Of a stretch of DNA of 64,000 nucleotides, positions 62,427 to 64,000 are shown in pieces. The position numbers were made by a program, and so were the translations under genes. The notes below the pieces were generated by a model. It was not told the DNA's origin and made no database searches. It saw only the letters and a list, made by a program, of their open reading frames with translations. The DNA is taken from NCBI GenBank assembly GCA_973851085.1, contig OZ316775.1, positions 22,630,001-22,694,000 of the forward strand, given 5' to 3'. Position 1 is the stretch's first letter; each line of letters opens with the position of its first letter. The stretch is from Ptychomitrium polyphyllum (taxonomy: Eukaryota).

Positions 62427-64000
62427 ATGCAAGCCTCGCCAACGAGGGCAGCTTCTCCTCCGCGAATGCTCTTGGAGGAGGACCCTATTTTCAAAGAGCC
62501 TCCTGTGGCAACTGTTGTTAGCGTTTCCAGGTCAGAAGGGACGGCTTTCCAGCTGATATACACGATAGATTTTGAGTATCGACAGTTCAAGTGGCGTCTT
62601 GTCAAGAAAGCGACTCAGGTTTTCTCCCTTCATAGTGCAATCAAATTCCGGGCGCTAGTTGAGGATCTCCATGAGAAACAAGAGCAGGCTAGAGAGTGGT
62701 TTCAAAATTTAGGTATAGGTGACCACACGGGCATCAACTTGCACGTACAGGAAGAAGAGGAGCAAGATGAGAACCCTTCCGCAACCAGAAAAGACATCCC
62801 TTCCAGCGCTGCTTTGCCAGTCATGCGGCCGGCTTTGGGACGTTTACCCACGATCACCTACAGGGCTCAGAATGCCATGCAGGATTATCTAAGACATTTT
62901 TTGGACGATTTAGATATTGTCAATTCCCGGGAAGTCTGTCGCTTTCTAGAGGTTTCGAAGCTGTCGTTTGCACCTGAGTATGGTCCAAAGCTTCACGAAG
63001 GTTATGTCATGGTTCAGCATCTGCCAAACTTTTCCAAGGAGTCCACTGGGTGCTTGGCTTGTTTTAAGTCATGCTGCTGTTGCAATCCCAACTGGCAACG
63101 GGTTTGGGCGGTTCTCAAACCCGGATTTCTTGCTATCCTTGGAGATCCTTTCGATGCCAAGCCCCTGGATATCATCGTGTTTGATGTACTGCCCCCCGTG
63201 GATCGAGGAGCTACGGAGGGGTTGATAGCCCTAGCGAGGTTAAACAAGGAACGGAACCCTTTGCGGTTTAGCTTTATGGTTACATGTGGCACCAGAGCTG
63301 TCAGAATTCGAACCCAACGGGCGGGACGCGCGAAGGACTGGGTTGCAAACATCAACGATGCGGGTTTAAGACCTCCAGAGGGATGGTGCCATCCTCATCG
63401 ATTCGGCTCCTTCGCACCACCTCGTGGTTTTTCTGATGGTAGCGAGGCTCAGTGGTTTGTAGACGGAAAAGCTGCTTTTGAAGCAATTGCTACGGCAATT
63501 GAGAACGCTAGGTCAGAGATATTTATTGCAGGGTGGTGGCTTTGTCCGGATCTTTACCTCAGACGACCGTTTAGCAGAAATGAAGCTTCCCGGCTGGATC
63601 ACCTTCTCGAATCTAAAGCGAAAATGGGAGTTCAAGTATACATTTTGTTGTACAAAGAAGTTGCACTGGCTTTGAAGATTAACAGCAATTACACAAAGCA
63701 AAGGTTGCTTGGGTTGCATGAGAACATTAAGGTTCTTCGGTTTCCTGATCATTTTTCGTCGGGGGTGTATCTATGGTCGCACCACGAGAAATTCGTCATC
63801 GTGGATCACCATGTTTGTTTTCTTGGAGGGCTTGATTTGTGTTTCGGTCGTTATGATTCCCCTGACCACCGAGTTTCTGACTATCCCAGCGCAATTTGGC
63901 CTGGAAAAGATTATTATAATCCAAGGGAATCGGAGCCTAATTCATGGGAGGACACTATGAAGGATGAATTGGACCGGCAGAAGGTTCCACGCATGCCCTG
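62427..64000 (+). CDS. PLDZ: Phospholipase D zeta (PX-PH-PLD), 5' part, runs off the window
   Basis: Frame is open from 62334 to the window end. PX region (YTIDFEYRQFKWRLVKKATQV...EVCRFLEVSKLSF), PH region (WQRVWAVLKPGFLA...DWVANIND), HPHRFGSFAPPRG, AQWFVDG, IFIAGWWLCPDLYLRRP and first HKD motif WSHHEKFVIVD. The first in-frame ATG is 62427; the true start is uncertain. Confidence 0.95.
   Translation, partial: MQASPTRAASPPRMLLEEDPIFKEPPVATVVSVSRSEGTAFQLIYTIDFEYRQFKWRLVKKATQVFSLHSAIKFRALVEDLHEKQEQAREWFQNLGIGDHTGINLHVQEEEEQDENPSATRKDIPSSAALPVMRPALGRLPTITYRAQNAMQDYLRHFLDDLDIVNSREVCRFLEVSKLSFAPEYGPKLHEGYVMVQHLPNFSKESTGCLACFKSCCCCNPNWQRVWAVLKPGFLAILGDPFDAKPLDIIVFDVLPPVDRGATEGLIALARLNKERNPLRFSFMVTCGTRAVRIRTQRAGRAKDWVANINDAGLRPPEGWCHPHRFGSFAPPRGFSDGSEAQWFVDGKAAFEAIATAIENARSEIFIAGWWLCPDLYLRRPFSRNEASRLDHLLESKAKMGVQVYILLYKEVALALKINSNYTKQRLLGLHENIKVLRFPDHFSSGVYLWSHHEKFVIVDHHVCFLGGLDLCFGRYDSPDHRVSDYPSAIWPGKDYYNPRESEPNSWEDTMKDELDRQKVPRMP

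Overview
Eukaryotic plant nuclear DNA, very probably from the moss Physcomitrium (Physcomitrella) patens. This is an inference from the gene content, a flagellar gene, a PSEP1/FAMOSS-like micropeptide and Tcn1-like chromovirus LTR elements. Gene islands alternate with very AT-rich, retrotransposon-filled blocks. Supported genes: a 4-exon secreted glycine-rich protein (-), chloroplast PORR protein WTF1 (-), an f-like thioredoxin with TCGPC site and a GC-AG intron (-), an AT-rich 5-exon EFCAB2/DRC8-like EF-hand gene of which the ORF track shows only the last exon (-), a 5-exon UDP-glycosyltransferase (+), a GT47 MUR3-like xyloglucan glycosyltransferase (-), a clan-71 cytochrome P450 (-), a 40-aa PSEP1/FAMOSS-like micropeptide (+), a divergent U2 snRNA (-) and an intronless PX-PH phospholipase D zeta running off the right edge (+). 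Mobile DNA: decayed Ty3/gypsy chromoviruses of at least two LTR families and four solo LTRs with target-site duplications, three of them nested. Most notable: (i) an extra 3' ORF conserved between two divergent chromovirus families, (ii) a tRNA-independent, Tf1-like self-priming PBS, (iii) a U2 variant with an altered branch-site recognition sequence but retained TATA and 3' box, and (iv) the micropeptide and the intron-free PLD with an out-of-frame N-terminal-like uORF. Exon models were derived by hand from splice signals and frame continuity; no database search was run.
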